From Paragordius varius (lineage: Eukaryota > Animalia > Nematomorpha), in the NCBI GenBank assembly GCA_964247055.1, contig OZ176056.1, positions 1,178,001 through 1,242,000 on the forward strand: a DNA stretch of 64,000 nucleotides, read 5' to 3'. Position numbers and translations under genes: made by a program. This document shows, piece after piece, positions 13,722 to 25,542 of this stretch. The stretch's first letter is position 1, and each line of letters starts with the position of its first letter. A model generated the notes under the pieces. It made no database searches. It worked only from the letters and a program-made list of their open reading frames with translations, and had not been told where the DNA came from.

Positions 13722-14290
13722 GGGTGACCAGACTTCCTGCTTTTAACGGGACAGTCCCGATTTTTTACCATTTGTCCCGCGTCCCGCTACTTTTTCCAGA
13801 TAAATTTTAATTAAACTCATTGTTTTGCGCTTTTCTGTGTTGGTACTGCTAATTGAACAGTCGAATCAAATCTGCTACTTACGCTCACCATAGAAAATTA
13901 TAATAAGTAATTTTTTATATTGATTTTATATTTTTTAAAAAATTCGAATAGAGAATGTAAATTTACCGATAATTTAAGAAGTGATTTCTTTCATTAAAAA
14001 ATCTAAAAAGGATTACATAGTTATAAGTCAACGCAATGGCGTATTATTTTGGACGGAGGAAATATTTCTATATCAAAGCCTTTGGCGACACAGAAATATA
14101 CACAATGTGTGCTGCATCATCTTCCATAATGCCAGATTTTTCAAAAAACAACTTATGGAGATCAAGAAAATAATTTAGCATTAGCAGAAGACTTATATTA
14201 TTCTAGCTGTTAATCACAATCTTTCCTTCAGATCTATGAATTGGACATTCAAAGTTATCAGAAAGCTTTAAAATATATACCTGTGATAGA
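13720..14290 (+). mobile_element. Left end and N-terminal transposase remnant of a hAT-Tip100-type element
   Basis: Terminus TAGGGTGACCAGA with GGGAC/GTCCC subterminal motifs. Remnant peptides RECKFTDNLRSDF, SSSIMPDFFKK, LALAED and HNLSFRSMN match the typical HNHSFRSMDCTSKL motif of this family. Confidence 0.75.
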
Positions 14291-14708
14291 ACAAAGGAGG
14301 AATAGTGTGTGAAGAAATAAAAATTAATATATGAATAGTTATTTTATAACTATATATTTTGACGCAAATCATAATGAAATAAAATTATTTACAACCATAA
14401 AATTTTAGATTTAATTTCTTTACCCGATGAAAATTTTAAAATAATTTTTAGTTCTATTATCGATATTTTGGAAAAAAATAATTTAAAACAAAAAATTATC
14501 GCATATTGTACAAATACGAACTAATTTCGTGGGAACAGCGAAAAGAAGCACAAATAATATTTTTCATAAAAGAGCGAAAGATCTGAATCAAAATGTTGGT
14601 GTTGGTGGGCAGCGCATATTATACATAAGGCTATTCAAACAGCTACTGACTTGTTACCAGTAGATGTGTTAAATATTGTGTTAAAATATGAATTTGTTTC
14701 TATATATA

Positions 14709-16477
14709 CAATGTGTGCCAAAAAGAAGGTTAATTTTAACAAAATTTTTTTTCATGAGATAGTTTATGGCCAGCCAATTCATATGCCGCAATTTTTATTT
14801 GTTGACGACCTATGGAATATTAAGAGAAAATCGAAATTGGTCAAAAGTGAAGATTAAGGATAATTAAGGATAATTTTAAAAAATATTGATATATCTTGAG
14901 ATATGTTTAATTCAAATTTTAGGAGATATTTTTTATATATAAATAGCGTATATATAGGGTATGTATAAAATATACAAATGGTGTTTTTTTATCATACTTC
15001 ACTTGGATCCAACACATTCATTTCAGTCCTTCGATTCAAATTGGGTTATTTGGATGCCCCAGGCCTATTTAAAATTAAATTACTTTGAAAAATATGGAAG
15101 GGATCGAAACCATGGCAAGTGCACTTATATAACATTAATAAACCGAAATATATAAAAACTTTATTCAAAAATAGAATTACTTATTTTAATGTAAAACCCA
15201 AAGGTAAAAATTTAGACAACGTAACATGTGTGCAATGGCTAAATTTAAAAACAATATAAAATAAACCACTTTTTCTATTTCTATCAATGTTAGATATAAT
15301 TTAAATAAAAATTTAGTTTTAATTTCACATTTAAAATAAAAGAAACACGATTTTTGCAAAAAAAAAATTTAAAATAAAAATGGCGCCGTTGTTTGACATG
15401 AGACTTATTTTCAAAATGAAATATTATCTAGATATTATGGCTTTTTTATATAATTTTTATTAAAATAGAAGCATAATTAAATTGGGACAGTTTTCAGTAG
15501 TTTTTCAATTTTAATTTAAATTTAGTCTGGGGTATTTAGATACTCCAATTTGAATCGAAGTGTTAAAGACAATAATTTATGAAACTATATTAAAATATTT
15601 TTTTAAAATTATTTACTAGACAAACTCACCATTAAAATCTTATTTTTTTATTCAAAAAAACTAATAACTACAATGAAACTAAAATTATTGTTATTTAATT
15701 TTCATTTTTTGTCATCTGGTTTCTGAGTGTATAAAAAATTTATACTGTTTTATTTTGGAATCTTACATGAGGGGCAATTATAAAGTATTATCCAAAATTT
15801 ATCAAAGTAATGGAATATCATCCACTAATCCGTATTTTTTGTAACAGGTTTGTTTTAACACAAATTAATATTTTTATTGAGATTCGTACGGATTGTTGAT
15901 TGATATTCCACTACTATAAAATCCTATTTTACATAAATTATATATATAATAATTCCCACTCATGGAAGATTCAAAAACAGTATAAAATTTTTATACACCC
16001 GTAAACCAGATGACAAAATGAAGAAATAAAAAACAATATTTTTGAGTTTCATTTTGATACATAAGTTTTTTTATTGAATAAAAAATGAATGTTTAGGTTT
16101 TAATAATAAGTTTAGCTAGTAAATAAGTGAAAAAATTTTTTTAATCAAGAATCATAAAAAATTTTGTCTTTTAAGTATATTAAAAGAACGCCATCCTTTG
16201 AACTGAGATTTTATATAAATTCTAACTATATCATTTTAGGCAATTTATATATAAAAAATAGCTTTTAAATGATAATAAACCATAATATTTCAATTTTTAT
16301 CCTTATTTTTTGAATTATCTTAAATTATCCTTAATTTTTACTTTTTGCCCGATTTCCATTTTCTCTCAATATATCAAAAATAGGTCGTAAACAATTAAAA
16401 GTTTTAGGCAAATAAATTCGCTGGTCATATGGTATCTCATGGAAAAAATTTTGTTAAAATTCTTTTTGCAAACACTG
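14709..16477. mobile_element. Foldback MITE with TA TSD (Tc1/mariner-type), nested in the Tip100-type hAT
   Basis: TA|CAATGTGTGCCAAAAAG ... CTTTTTGCAAACACTG|TA with inverted arms over 200 bp. It lies between the two halves of the hAT transposase remnant. Confidence 0.75.
15025..15567. mobile_element. MITE nested in the 14709-16477 element; second copy at about 61970-62490
   Basis: About 45-bp TIR (CTTCGATTCAAATTGG...CCCCAGGCC / GTCTGGGGTATTTAGATACTCCAATTTGAATCGAAG). Internal AAAAATTTAG[A/T]CAACGTAACATGTGTGCAATG is shared with 62130-62160. Confidence 0.7.
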
Positions 16478-16479
16478 TA

Positions 16480-16790
16480 TTCACTGTAGGCGTTGAAATG
16501 CTTAAAGAATTCTGTGAAAATGCGGAAACTAAATATCAGAAAACACTTGAATACGGTAAAACGCATTGGTTAGCTCTTCTGCCAGCCATCGGAAGAATAT
16601 CGAAAATGTATGACTTCTTTCATACTAACTATCGCAAGACAAATGTCCTACAGTTTTAGAAAAGTTTTTTGCTAAAACTTAAAAAATATTGCTAGAGTTT
16701 CTACAAAATCGAGCTTCTCTTTTACAGAACATCATTAAATTATTGATGAAGACAAATCTCTTATCGAAGTCACAAATGTTAATAATTAGT
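16480..16790 (+). pseudogene. Central fragment of the Tip100-type hAT transposase
   Basis: FTVGVEMLKEFCENAETKYQKTLEYGKTHWLALLPAIGRISKMY (TRWLS-type motif), followed by a DKCPTVLEKFF-like segment. Confidence 0.8.
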
Positions 16791-17297
16791 AAACAGCATA
16801 TTAACGTTAAAAATTAAATACATTAATATCTAATACATTTTCACTAAAATGTTAGGAAATAGTTTTTCATTGTTCATTGCAATTATTAGATTATTGCATA
16901 ATGCCAGTGTGTTTCCCGTTTTCTCACATTTTTTTTGAAGTTGAGGAATATTGATCAATGTCATAAGCAGCACCACATGCCAACATAATTGTATCTGTAA
17001 ATTAAAAATTTTGCCCTATTATTCCTTTGGAGTACAAGCCGCCACAACAATTATATTTCGGGCAGCAAAACCTCACGTGACAGGTCGCTCTTTAGCTTAT
17101 TTAAACCAATATCATATAACTTTATTAAGACATTTTTTGAATTATCCAAATCGTTTGTATTATATTTAAATTTTACAAAGTAACTAACATAATTTTTCGC
17201 TTTAAAAGAAAATCAAATATAATAACGCACAAATTCAGTATAAAATGTTATAATACAAATCAAATAGAGCATTGCATTTTATAGCCCAATCCAGATT

Positions 17298-18503
17298 TTA
17301 TAAGGGAGGATATAACCATTGGTCCATGTTAATAGGATTTTTTTGAATTTTATTTATGAGATTTATGTATAAAACACCCTGTACTCGAGGTAAAGTACCT
17401 GTAATATGAACATCCTCTAAATAAGTATGTGATTGGGCAAAATAGGCATTATACAATTTAAATACTAAAGATGGTGTCATGGCATAAAACCAACCATAAC
17501 AATATGGTGGAAAATATGGACTTGGATATTCATTTGTGCTAATATAATATTTCATATTTGGGTCCCTTATAGGTTTAGTATTCATATGCACTGGGCAAAA
17601 CAAAATATCATCATAATTATTTGATAATTCAAACTTTGACTGATGTTCTTTCCAAAGCCGATGATCGATACTTAGCATGTTGAAGTTAAAAGGGTTACAA
17701 ACATCCTTTTTTATTCGCATAACCATATTTTTGCGTTTGTTGTAACGGTTGAGGAGTTCAGCACCGAGATTAGAATCTTCCAGAACATAATCAAAAGATA
17801 CTCTTGATTCAATATTTTTTTGATGATATGCTTGTTCAATAATTAGGTTTGACTGAGGCTTTAAAACCTGCCAATATTTTTTAATAAATTTTCCGTGTTC
17901 GATCTCAAAATTTTTGAAGTACCTGATCACTTGGATTATATCTAAATGAATATCGTCATCAATTTTAATGATAAAATTAGCCTTGGGACAGTACTCTAAA
18001 ACCCATTTGAAGCCCATAATCACGGCATATGTGAGATTAAAATATGAATCGTGAAAGTTGATTTGCAAAATATCATTGTATATTTGACTTTCATTACTAA
18101 TCAATCGTTGTAAATCAGTATCAGCCACTCTTCCCATAAGAAAAATATGACGAACATTCGAATTTTTATTCAGTATATCCGCATCATAGCTATTTCGAAG
18201 GGATTGCCTCTGATTAAAATGTGTAGGATTTGATAACTGTAGAAACAAAATAAAAATCGGATTTGATCCACAAACGGAGGTTCCTGGATCAATCATTCGG
18301 TTAAAAACATTTTGTTTCAATATTTTGTTTTTGTTAACGAAACATCCATGAAAAATGTCATATTTTTCTTTGAAAGGGGCAAAACAATTTTCATTTATTG
18401 GTTTTAAATTGTCATTAAAATTACGATGAAGGACCCATTTAATTTGATTATAGTGATAATGATTTTCATATTGTGAATACATGTATAAACTTATCAATGC
18501 CAA
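17298..18503 (-). CDS. Glycosyltransferase family 31 (beta-1,3-galactosyltransferase/B3GNT-like), type II membrane protein, single long coding exon
   Basis: 401-aa ORF with RQSLRNSY, FLMGR, ESQIYNDILQINFHDSYFNLT, WVLEYCPKANFIIKIDDD, YFPPYCYG and LEDVHITG motifs. The frame extends to 18521 (IWLVVLALISLY, TM anchor) behind an AG acceptor, so the true start is probably on an upstream exon. Confidence 0.92.
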   Translation of the reverse strand: MALISLYMYSQYENHYHYNQIKWVLHRNFNDNLKPINENCFAPFKEKYDIFHGCFVNKNKILKQNVFNRMIDPGTSVCGSNPIFILFLQLSNPTHFNQRQSLRNSYDADILNKNSNVRHIFLMGRVADTDLQRLISNESQIYNDILQINFHDSYFNLTYAVIMGFKWVLEYCPKANFIIKIDDDIHLDIIQVIRYFKNFEIEHGKFIKKYWQVLKPQSNLIIEQAYHQKNIESRVSFDYVLEDSNLGAELLNRYNKRKNMVMRIKKDVCNPFNFNMLSIDHRLWKEHQSKFELSNNYDDILFCPVHMNTKPIRDPNMKYYISTNEYPSPYFPPYCYGWFYAMTPSLVFKLYNAYFAQSHTYLEDVHITGTLPRVQGVLYINLINKIQKNPINMDQWLYPPL

Positions 18504-20441
18504 TACAACTAGCCATATCTATTATAAAATATTTTTTAAAAAAGGAAACGCATCGGCCAGCGATATTTTTTAAATCCCCAACAGATCAGAATTGTTATGG
18601 CAGCAGATCCTAAATGGTCCATCGATGGAATTAAATTAATATCTGCATTTTTTTGATAGCACTAATTCCTAACAAACGATTTGCAAATTTTAAAGCACAA
18701 TTTACCTATATTACAAGATAAAATGCATATTTTATTAATTTAAAATCCATCCTTTTTAAGCAATAGTTATTATTTACACAATCTTTGCCACGCCAAATTT
18801 AAGTAATGATTAATGAAATTAATTGATGAAATCAATTTTAAATTTTTATCTTGATATCTATACCATTTACGCTTCAAAGTTTCCTTGATAATTTTTCCTG
18901 AAACCCTTCAAGTTGGTCCTTTCAAGTTAGTTAAACGTTTTTTTTTAACTTTGATTAATCAAACCATGTAACATTCATATTGTCACTTTTAATCTTTTCA
19001 ATTTATTTGACCTAAATTTCAATGTTATCAACTTTTTTATTCACGAACCGTATATCTTTATTAATTATTTGAAATAAGTTTTCTTAAAAAATGTGTAATT
19101 AATGATGCTAATTTTAGTAATTTTTAAATGTGTAAAAAATTAGTCAGAAACGTAAAAGTTTTTTTTAATATGTTCACAACTCAAAGTGTTTAAGGACCAA
19201 CTTAGAATGTTGGACCAACTTAAAGTGTTCAACACTTTTACAGTGCAAATCCAAACAGATCCGATCAAATTATTAGTAAGCCTGATTACTACATAAATTA
19301 TTTTTCATAGTGTGCCGAATATAGCAATAATGTAGTTTGAATAATATTTTGAAGAAAAAGTATTTCAAGTGTTTCATAATAAAACAAATATAAAAACGGA
19401 AACATCCGTTTTTCTAGTTATTACAAAAACTTTCTTTATGAAACAAAACGGCGCCAGGATTTTATGGTAAAATAGAAAAATTCAAGAGCACGTGTTTTAA
19501 TCATCAACATTCATCAAAAGCATCTAAAACAGTGGTACACAAACTGCGGCATAAAAGTGATATTATGTCTTTTTTAATGTATAAATATTTGCATATGTAT
19601 CAAACAGCTATGCAATATTTATTGATATTATAGAGGGGGGGGCTATGAAGCAAAAAATTTAATATATTTTTGATGAGTATAACTAGTCTAAATAGATAAA
19701 TTAACTAATTCATTATATTCCTTATAATTAATTTTGAAAAAGTTTGTCAAAACTTAGTTTTCGCAAGCTAACCAATAACCTTTTGCATAAGAATATGAGA
19801 TTTTTCGTTATCTGATATGGAGAAATAATTTAATTCACCGTCTTAAAATAAACTAGTACATAGTGTTATAAATAAGGAAGTTTTTCCTCTTACTGAAATA
19901 CTGATAATATTCTGAAAATACTTAGATTTCATTTCTCCATCTAAGATACCAAATTGGTTAATCACATGTTTTGATACAAAAAGTTGGATAGTGTACACAA
20001 TTTAACGTCTACAAAAACGATACTTTGGTAATACCAGATTTCAAACCCAGTTTTATGAAATATTTTTAATTTAATTTCAGTAATGATTATAGAATTGGTT
20101 TTTTTGCTAATATCGAAGGTGCTTAAAATTAATAAAAACTGACAATAAATCCTTTAAGGTTATTTATCTAAGCAATGTGGCCTTTGGATTCTAAAAGCCA
20201 ATGATTTTCATTTCCCAACAAAGATTAGATTCATTTTTGATCCTTAGGACACACTATTATTTGAAAACCCATATTCGAAATAAATTTGTTTCTTTAATTT
20301 AAAATGTATAATTTGGTATTATTCAAAAATATTTATTTTTTTTCCATAGATTCTTACAAAAAATTCTATATTAGCGACCCTGTTTTGTATGTTCACATAT
20401 TTAAACTTCAAAATTGGTTAAATGCAAAGTACGTGTTTTAT

Positions 20442-20701
20442 TATACCATTTATAGTTTAAATTAACAGTTGAACAATTCAAATTCCCTAAAATAAATTGT
20501 TTTTTAAGATTAAAAATTACTAATATTTTTTTATATTTTAAAAAATGTCGTTTAAAATTTAAATAATACTGAAAAAATAACTATGCCATTAAGATATATT
20601 TCACATTATTATATTAAACCTAAAACACATAATTAGGGTAAATTTCAATTGTTCGAGGCTGAGTTTAAATTGTTTAAGGGTGAATTTGAATAAATGGTAT
20701 A
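20442..20701. mobile_element. MITE with TATACCATTT termini and 21-bp AATTCACCCTCGAACAATT-type subrepeats
   Basis: TATACCATTT ... AAATGGTATA inverted termini. Other family members lie at 48064-48348, about 49755-49830 and 63667-63895. Confidence 0.7.
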
Positions 20702-22279
20702 ACAATGTAGTATCAAGATCAATATTGAGCAATCTCCATATTGGATTTACTAGCTTAACATTAAATTTGAAACATTTATCATATAAAAATATTAAAAACA
20801 CTTTGCTTTCGATCATCAAATATCTACTGATAATTGATAAAATATAATGGGCGATAATTTTACTTTTTTGATTTTAAATTAAAAAAAAAGATATCGTGCC
20901 TTGAAATCTATAGCAGCACATTAAAGTTTATAAAAAAAAAATATTAATAGTGCGACTTACATATGAATTGTAGCATAAACGGATATAAAACATTTGAAAG
21001 AATGTAATAATATTGGTGTGATATATTTTTTATAATTTATTTTATTTAGACAAGGTCAAAAACAACAAAAACAAGATATCAATTTTTATAACTATAACTA
21101 TAAAATATTCGTTGAAACAAATGACGTTACGATATTATTTATATATATTAATAACTGGTGTTTTCATTTAACAACATCTCTAGATACTATAATATTGACC
21201 AAAATAACTCATTAATCATAGATAATTGTAATACGCGATAGGAAGTCAAAAAATTTGCAAGGTATTAAAATCAATAGCTCTCAGCTTCGGGATAATGAAT
21301 ATTGAATTGATTATTTACGGTTGAAACACTTAAAAATTATTTTAATTTTTCTAATTTAAAAATTAGCATTTTTTAAACATTTTAAAATAAATACAATAGA
21401 GCCAACATGTCTATTGATGATATTATAAGGATAATCCTAAAAATATCATCATGATAATTTTACTTTTTCACAGATAGTGCTCATACAAGAAAAGTTAATC
21501 GTCGCACTTTGGTGACAAATTTGACACTTGTTACTATTTTTTTTAACTTGATATCAATGTAGTTGTTAAGCTTGTAGTTGATTACTAACTCGGTTATGTC
21601 GTGGGCTTTTTAGATTTGCAGTGACATTTTGGAAATGTATAAAATTTGGTGGTCTATTGGTTGTGCGCAAAATAAATCAACGACTGTATCCCAAAAAGAT
21701 AAAAGATGCATCATGGAGCGAGATAATGACAGGCCTAAAAGTATTTAATCCCACAAAATCGAAATTTCAAAGCAGATTTAAATTTTTTCGACTTGTGCGG
21801 AGCAACGCTGAATCTTTCACCGAATTTCTAGAACGGGTTAAGATCGCAGCCGAAAGGCCAAATTTAATGATTCGATTGAGGAATGTATTCGGGATGCTTT
21901 CGTCATTGGTTTACGGCAATCGCAATTGGAAATCGATATATATTCAAGGTATCTCGATGCCGTATCAACGGACAACCCGTGCCTCTAGAAACGATAGTGG
22001 ATCTCGCACTAGCACACGAGGCTGCTAGGGCTGGCCTTCATAACAATAATGATAATACCAATTATAACTATGGTAATAATTTAAATCGATTACAACACAC
22101 CAATAATAATAATAAGGCCATGCGTTCACGACAAAACAGCAAAACCCCTAACTCATTCGTGCAATCGTTATGGGATTAGCCATGGACCAAACAAATGTCC
22201 TGCCTGGAACCGCAATTGCAAATGCGGAAAACCTCATCACTTCGCAAAAATTTGTAGATCAAAAAACACTGCCAAAAAT

Positions 22280-25072
22280 TTGTTTACATGCCAGATCCAT
22301 AGAAAAGCAATGTCAACCTCACCATGGACCGTAAAAATAATGATAAACAACACAGAACAAACGTTAATCTATGACACTGGAGCTGACATCAGTGTTATCA
22401 GCTTTGAAACCTGGAAACAAGTTGGCAAGCCAAATATTAGACCCATACCGCCAGTAAAAGCCTACAGTAATAGTATAGTACCTCTACTGGGCGTAACAAC
22501 AGTCACAGTGCAAATCAATGGGCAAAACTTGGGGAACGCAGAATGTTGTGTATTGAAAGAAAAAATGTCAAAGGCACCGCTCATTTGTGGCTTGGATTGG
22601 ATCACGAGATTTAACATCGACATTCCTAAAGTACGAATTAACTTTCTTAAACTTGATAAAATAATTGATTTCCCTAATCTATTTAAAGAGGAATTAGGTT
22701 GTTACATTGAGCCAGTTACAATTCATATAGCACCCAATGCCTCGCCCAAAGTTTGGCCTTGTCATCGAGCGTATCCCTTAAAAGCAAAAGTTAAGGAATT
22801 GCTAAGATTACAGAAGTTAGACATTTTGGAGCCAATAGATCCCAACCTTACACCTCTGACATGGGCCACGCCCACCGTTAATGTGCTCAAAGCGAATGGA
22901 GAGGTAAGAATTTGCAGCGATTTCAGAGTTACCATCAACAAGTGGCTCACTGAGGACTCTCATATCATTCCAACGTTTGATGATTTAGTGAGTAAGATTG
23001 GCGAAGGCCAAGTTTTCACTAAGATTGACTTGAAAGATGCCTATCTACAAATGCCCATAACCAAAGAATCACAAGATCTCTTGACAATTGCGACTCACAA
23101 AGGATTTTTTCGCTACAAAAGGATGCCTTTCGGACTGTCAACAGCACCAATAATTTTCCAACGAGTCATGGACCAGGTTATAAAAGATTGTCCCTGCACT
23201 TGTGCATATTTAGATGATGTTTTAGTAACTGGCAAATCTGAAGAGGAACATTTAAGAAATCTTAATAATGTTTTAAATCGGTTAGAATTAGCAGGTTTTA
23301 GATTAAGAAAAGATAAAATAAAAATTGGTGAACCTTCAGTAAGTTATCTGGGATTTGAAATAAGTAATAAAGGTATAAGTCCTTGCAAGAATAAAGTAAA
23401 AGCAATCAATGATTTTAAAAAACCTGTGGATAGAAACCTTTAAGAAGTTTTCTAGGAATTTTAACGTTTCATGAAAGATTTATACCCAAGCTTCAATTGA
23501 TTGTAGGTGATTTACATAGTTTAACAAGTAAGAACGTCATATGGAACTGGTCGAAAAACACGAGAATTGTTGGAAAGCCGCTAAGGAATTATTAAGTGAA
23601 CAAGTATTTTTAACACCGTAAAATTCGGATAGAAAGTTAGAAATTGAAACCGATGCCTCAGATATAGGGTTTGGATGTATTTTAAGTCATGTTGTAAATG
23701 AAAGGAAACCGATTGCCTATGGTTCAAGAAAATGTAGTACCGCAGAATTAAACTACTTCACGATAGAAAAGGAATTAAAGGCTATTGTTTTTGCAATAGA
23801 AAAGTTTCATAACTTCATTTATGGTAGAAAGTTTAAAATTTTGACAGACCACTTACCACTGGTTAGGTTGATAAATAGGGATAGAAATTTGAAAGAAATT
23901 TAAAATGCGAATTAAGATGGGTTAACCGACTGAATGATTATGATTTTGAATTAAGTTATCAGGCGGGTCCGAAAAATAGAGCCGATTACTTGTCAAGATG
24001 TCCCGGTGAAGATAATGTTGACACAATTGATAGAGATCACATGGTAATGAGACATCTTAGGTTCCTAAATTGTCATAACGTTCATTTAAGTCGAGATGAG
24101 ATCCGGAGAGAGACAGTTAACGATAAAATTTTGCAGAATGTAATCAAGGCGATTCATAACCAAGATTGGAGTGATGTTGAGTTGGCTGGGTTTACGAACA
24201 GGAAAGGAGAAATTTCGTACCAATACGGATTGCTCAGTTTGAATGATCGAATCATCCCCAGAAAGCTTACAGGCGAATGTGGTCAATTATTTACACAGCG
24301 GGCATAATAATGTAGAAACGATCAAAGCAATGGCAAGGTTTACCTGTTTTTGGCCAAAATTAGAAAACGATTTGGTAAGAAGGTTCGGTTAATTTAGCTC
24401 ATGTCAAGTAAACAAGTTAAGCCTAGGTGAAAATCCTACTCATTAATGGGATTCAAATGCTGCGATATGGGAGCGGTTACACATCGATATAGCGAGACCA
24501 GTTGATGGGTATTATTGGTTGTTGTTGAGTAATAGCTCATCAAAATGGTCGGAAGGGTTCATGTTAAAACGGGTTAATTCGGTAAACATATTGCACAAAC
24601 TCGAGGAAACCTTTGCCCGGTTTGGGTTTCCGAGGACGGTAATTAGTGATATCGCTTCTTATTTCAATATTTCGTACTTTACATCCACCCTAACAAACTT
24701 GAGAATTAAGCACGGAGGGTAACCCCCTATCATCCTAAAAGTAATGGGATAGTAGAAAGGTTAGTGGGGACCCTAAAGGGCAAGTACAGAAAAATCAAAA
24801 ATTATAATATTTCACCACAAGAAGCTTTCAATACTACTTTATGGTCGTACCGTAAACATGTTACCACAAAAGAAACCCCCTTTCAACTACTCTTTAAACG
24901 AGTCTCCCAAACACCCCTGACCTGGATTAACACGAAAACAACAGTCTTAGATGCACCCCGTCCACGTCGTGAGTTTTCAATGGACCAACGCATAATGATG
25001 AAAAACGAACAAAATGCTGGATGGCGAGCCGACGATGTTGTTGATAGAACTGGTCTCCTTTCGAGTGTGTGA
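22280..25072 (+). pseudogene. Gypsy pol (protease-RT-RNaseH-integrase), fragmented after RT
   Basis: A 387-aa open PR-RT segment at 22280-23443, then multiple stops and frameshifts through RNase H and integrase. Confidence 0.9.
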
Positions 25073-25165
25073 GATCAGGTAAACCAGAAGATTGTCAGAA
25101 AGCATGCAGACCAGTTGAAACATGTAGACCCACCCGCCAACCCAACTGCACCGGTCACCCAAAAC

Positions 25166-25305
25166 AATAGTAATGATAGTGATAAAGACAATAACAATAA
25201 TAATAATGGTAACAGTATTGATAATAATAATAATAATGAGAAAATAAATGATAATAATAATGAAAGTAGTAATGATAACATTAATAACAATAATGACAAT
25301 ATCAA
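25166..25305 (+). repeat. (AAT/GAT)n-rich imperfect trinucleotide tract in the 3' end of the Gypsy pol region
   Basis: Reads as poly-Asn/Asp in ORF 25115-25366, which ends PHKRRYPERIRKPVRFS, a typical Gypsy integrase tail. Confidence 0.85.
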
Positions 25306-25542
25306 TGAAATTCCGCACAAGCGTCGTTACCCTGAGAGAATTCGGAAGCCGGTCCGGTTCTCCTAAGGGGAAGTGATGTTACATGCAAATTTGAAATATA
25401 TACTTTAGTTGTATATCATAATTTTCTGTGAGATTTGAATTGTATTATTTTTATATTTTTTTGGTACTATGTAAATATTATATCCTTTGTTACACGAAAT
25501 TTTATTGTTATAAAATTATGTACACCTAAAAATAGTATATAT

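Larger units (their letters stand above)
21510..25542 (+). mobile_element. Decayed Ty3/Gypsy LTR retrotransposon (gag-PR-RT-RH-IN)
   Basis: PBS-like TGGTGAC at about 21511; gag with Cys/His knuckles (22160-22260); protease YDTGADISVI; RT YLDDVLV; RNase H ETDASD and TDHLPL; integrase WERLHIDIA and PYHPKSNGIVERLVGTLK; polypurine tract AAGGGGAAG followed by TG at about 25374. No matching 5' LTR found. Confidence 0.92.

Noticed and set aside
21300-21510. 5' LTR of the Gypsy element
   Set aside because: The sequence upstream of the PBS-like site does not match the sequence after the polypurine tract (25374 onward), so no LTR pair or TSD can be supported.
24977-25320. Hydrophobic Ile/Leu-rich minus-strand ORFs resembling membrane proteins
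   Set aside because: They are antisense reads of the (AAT)n tract of the Gypsy element.
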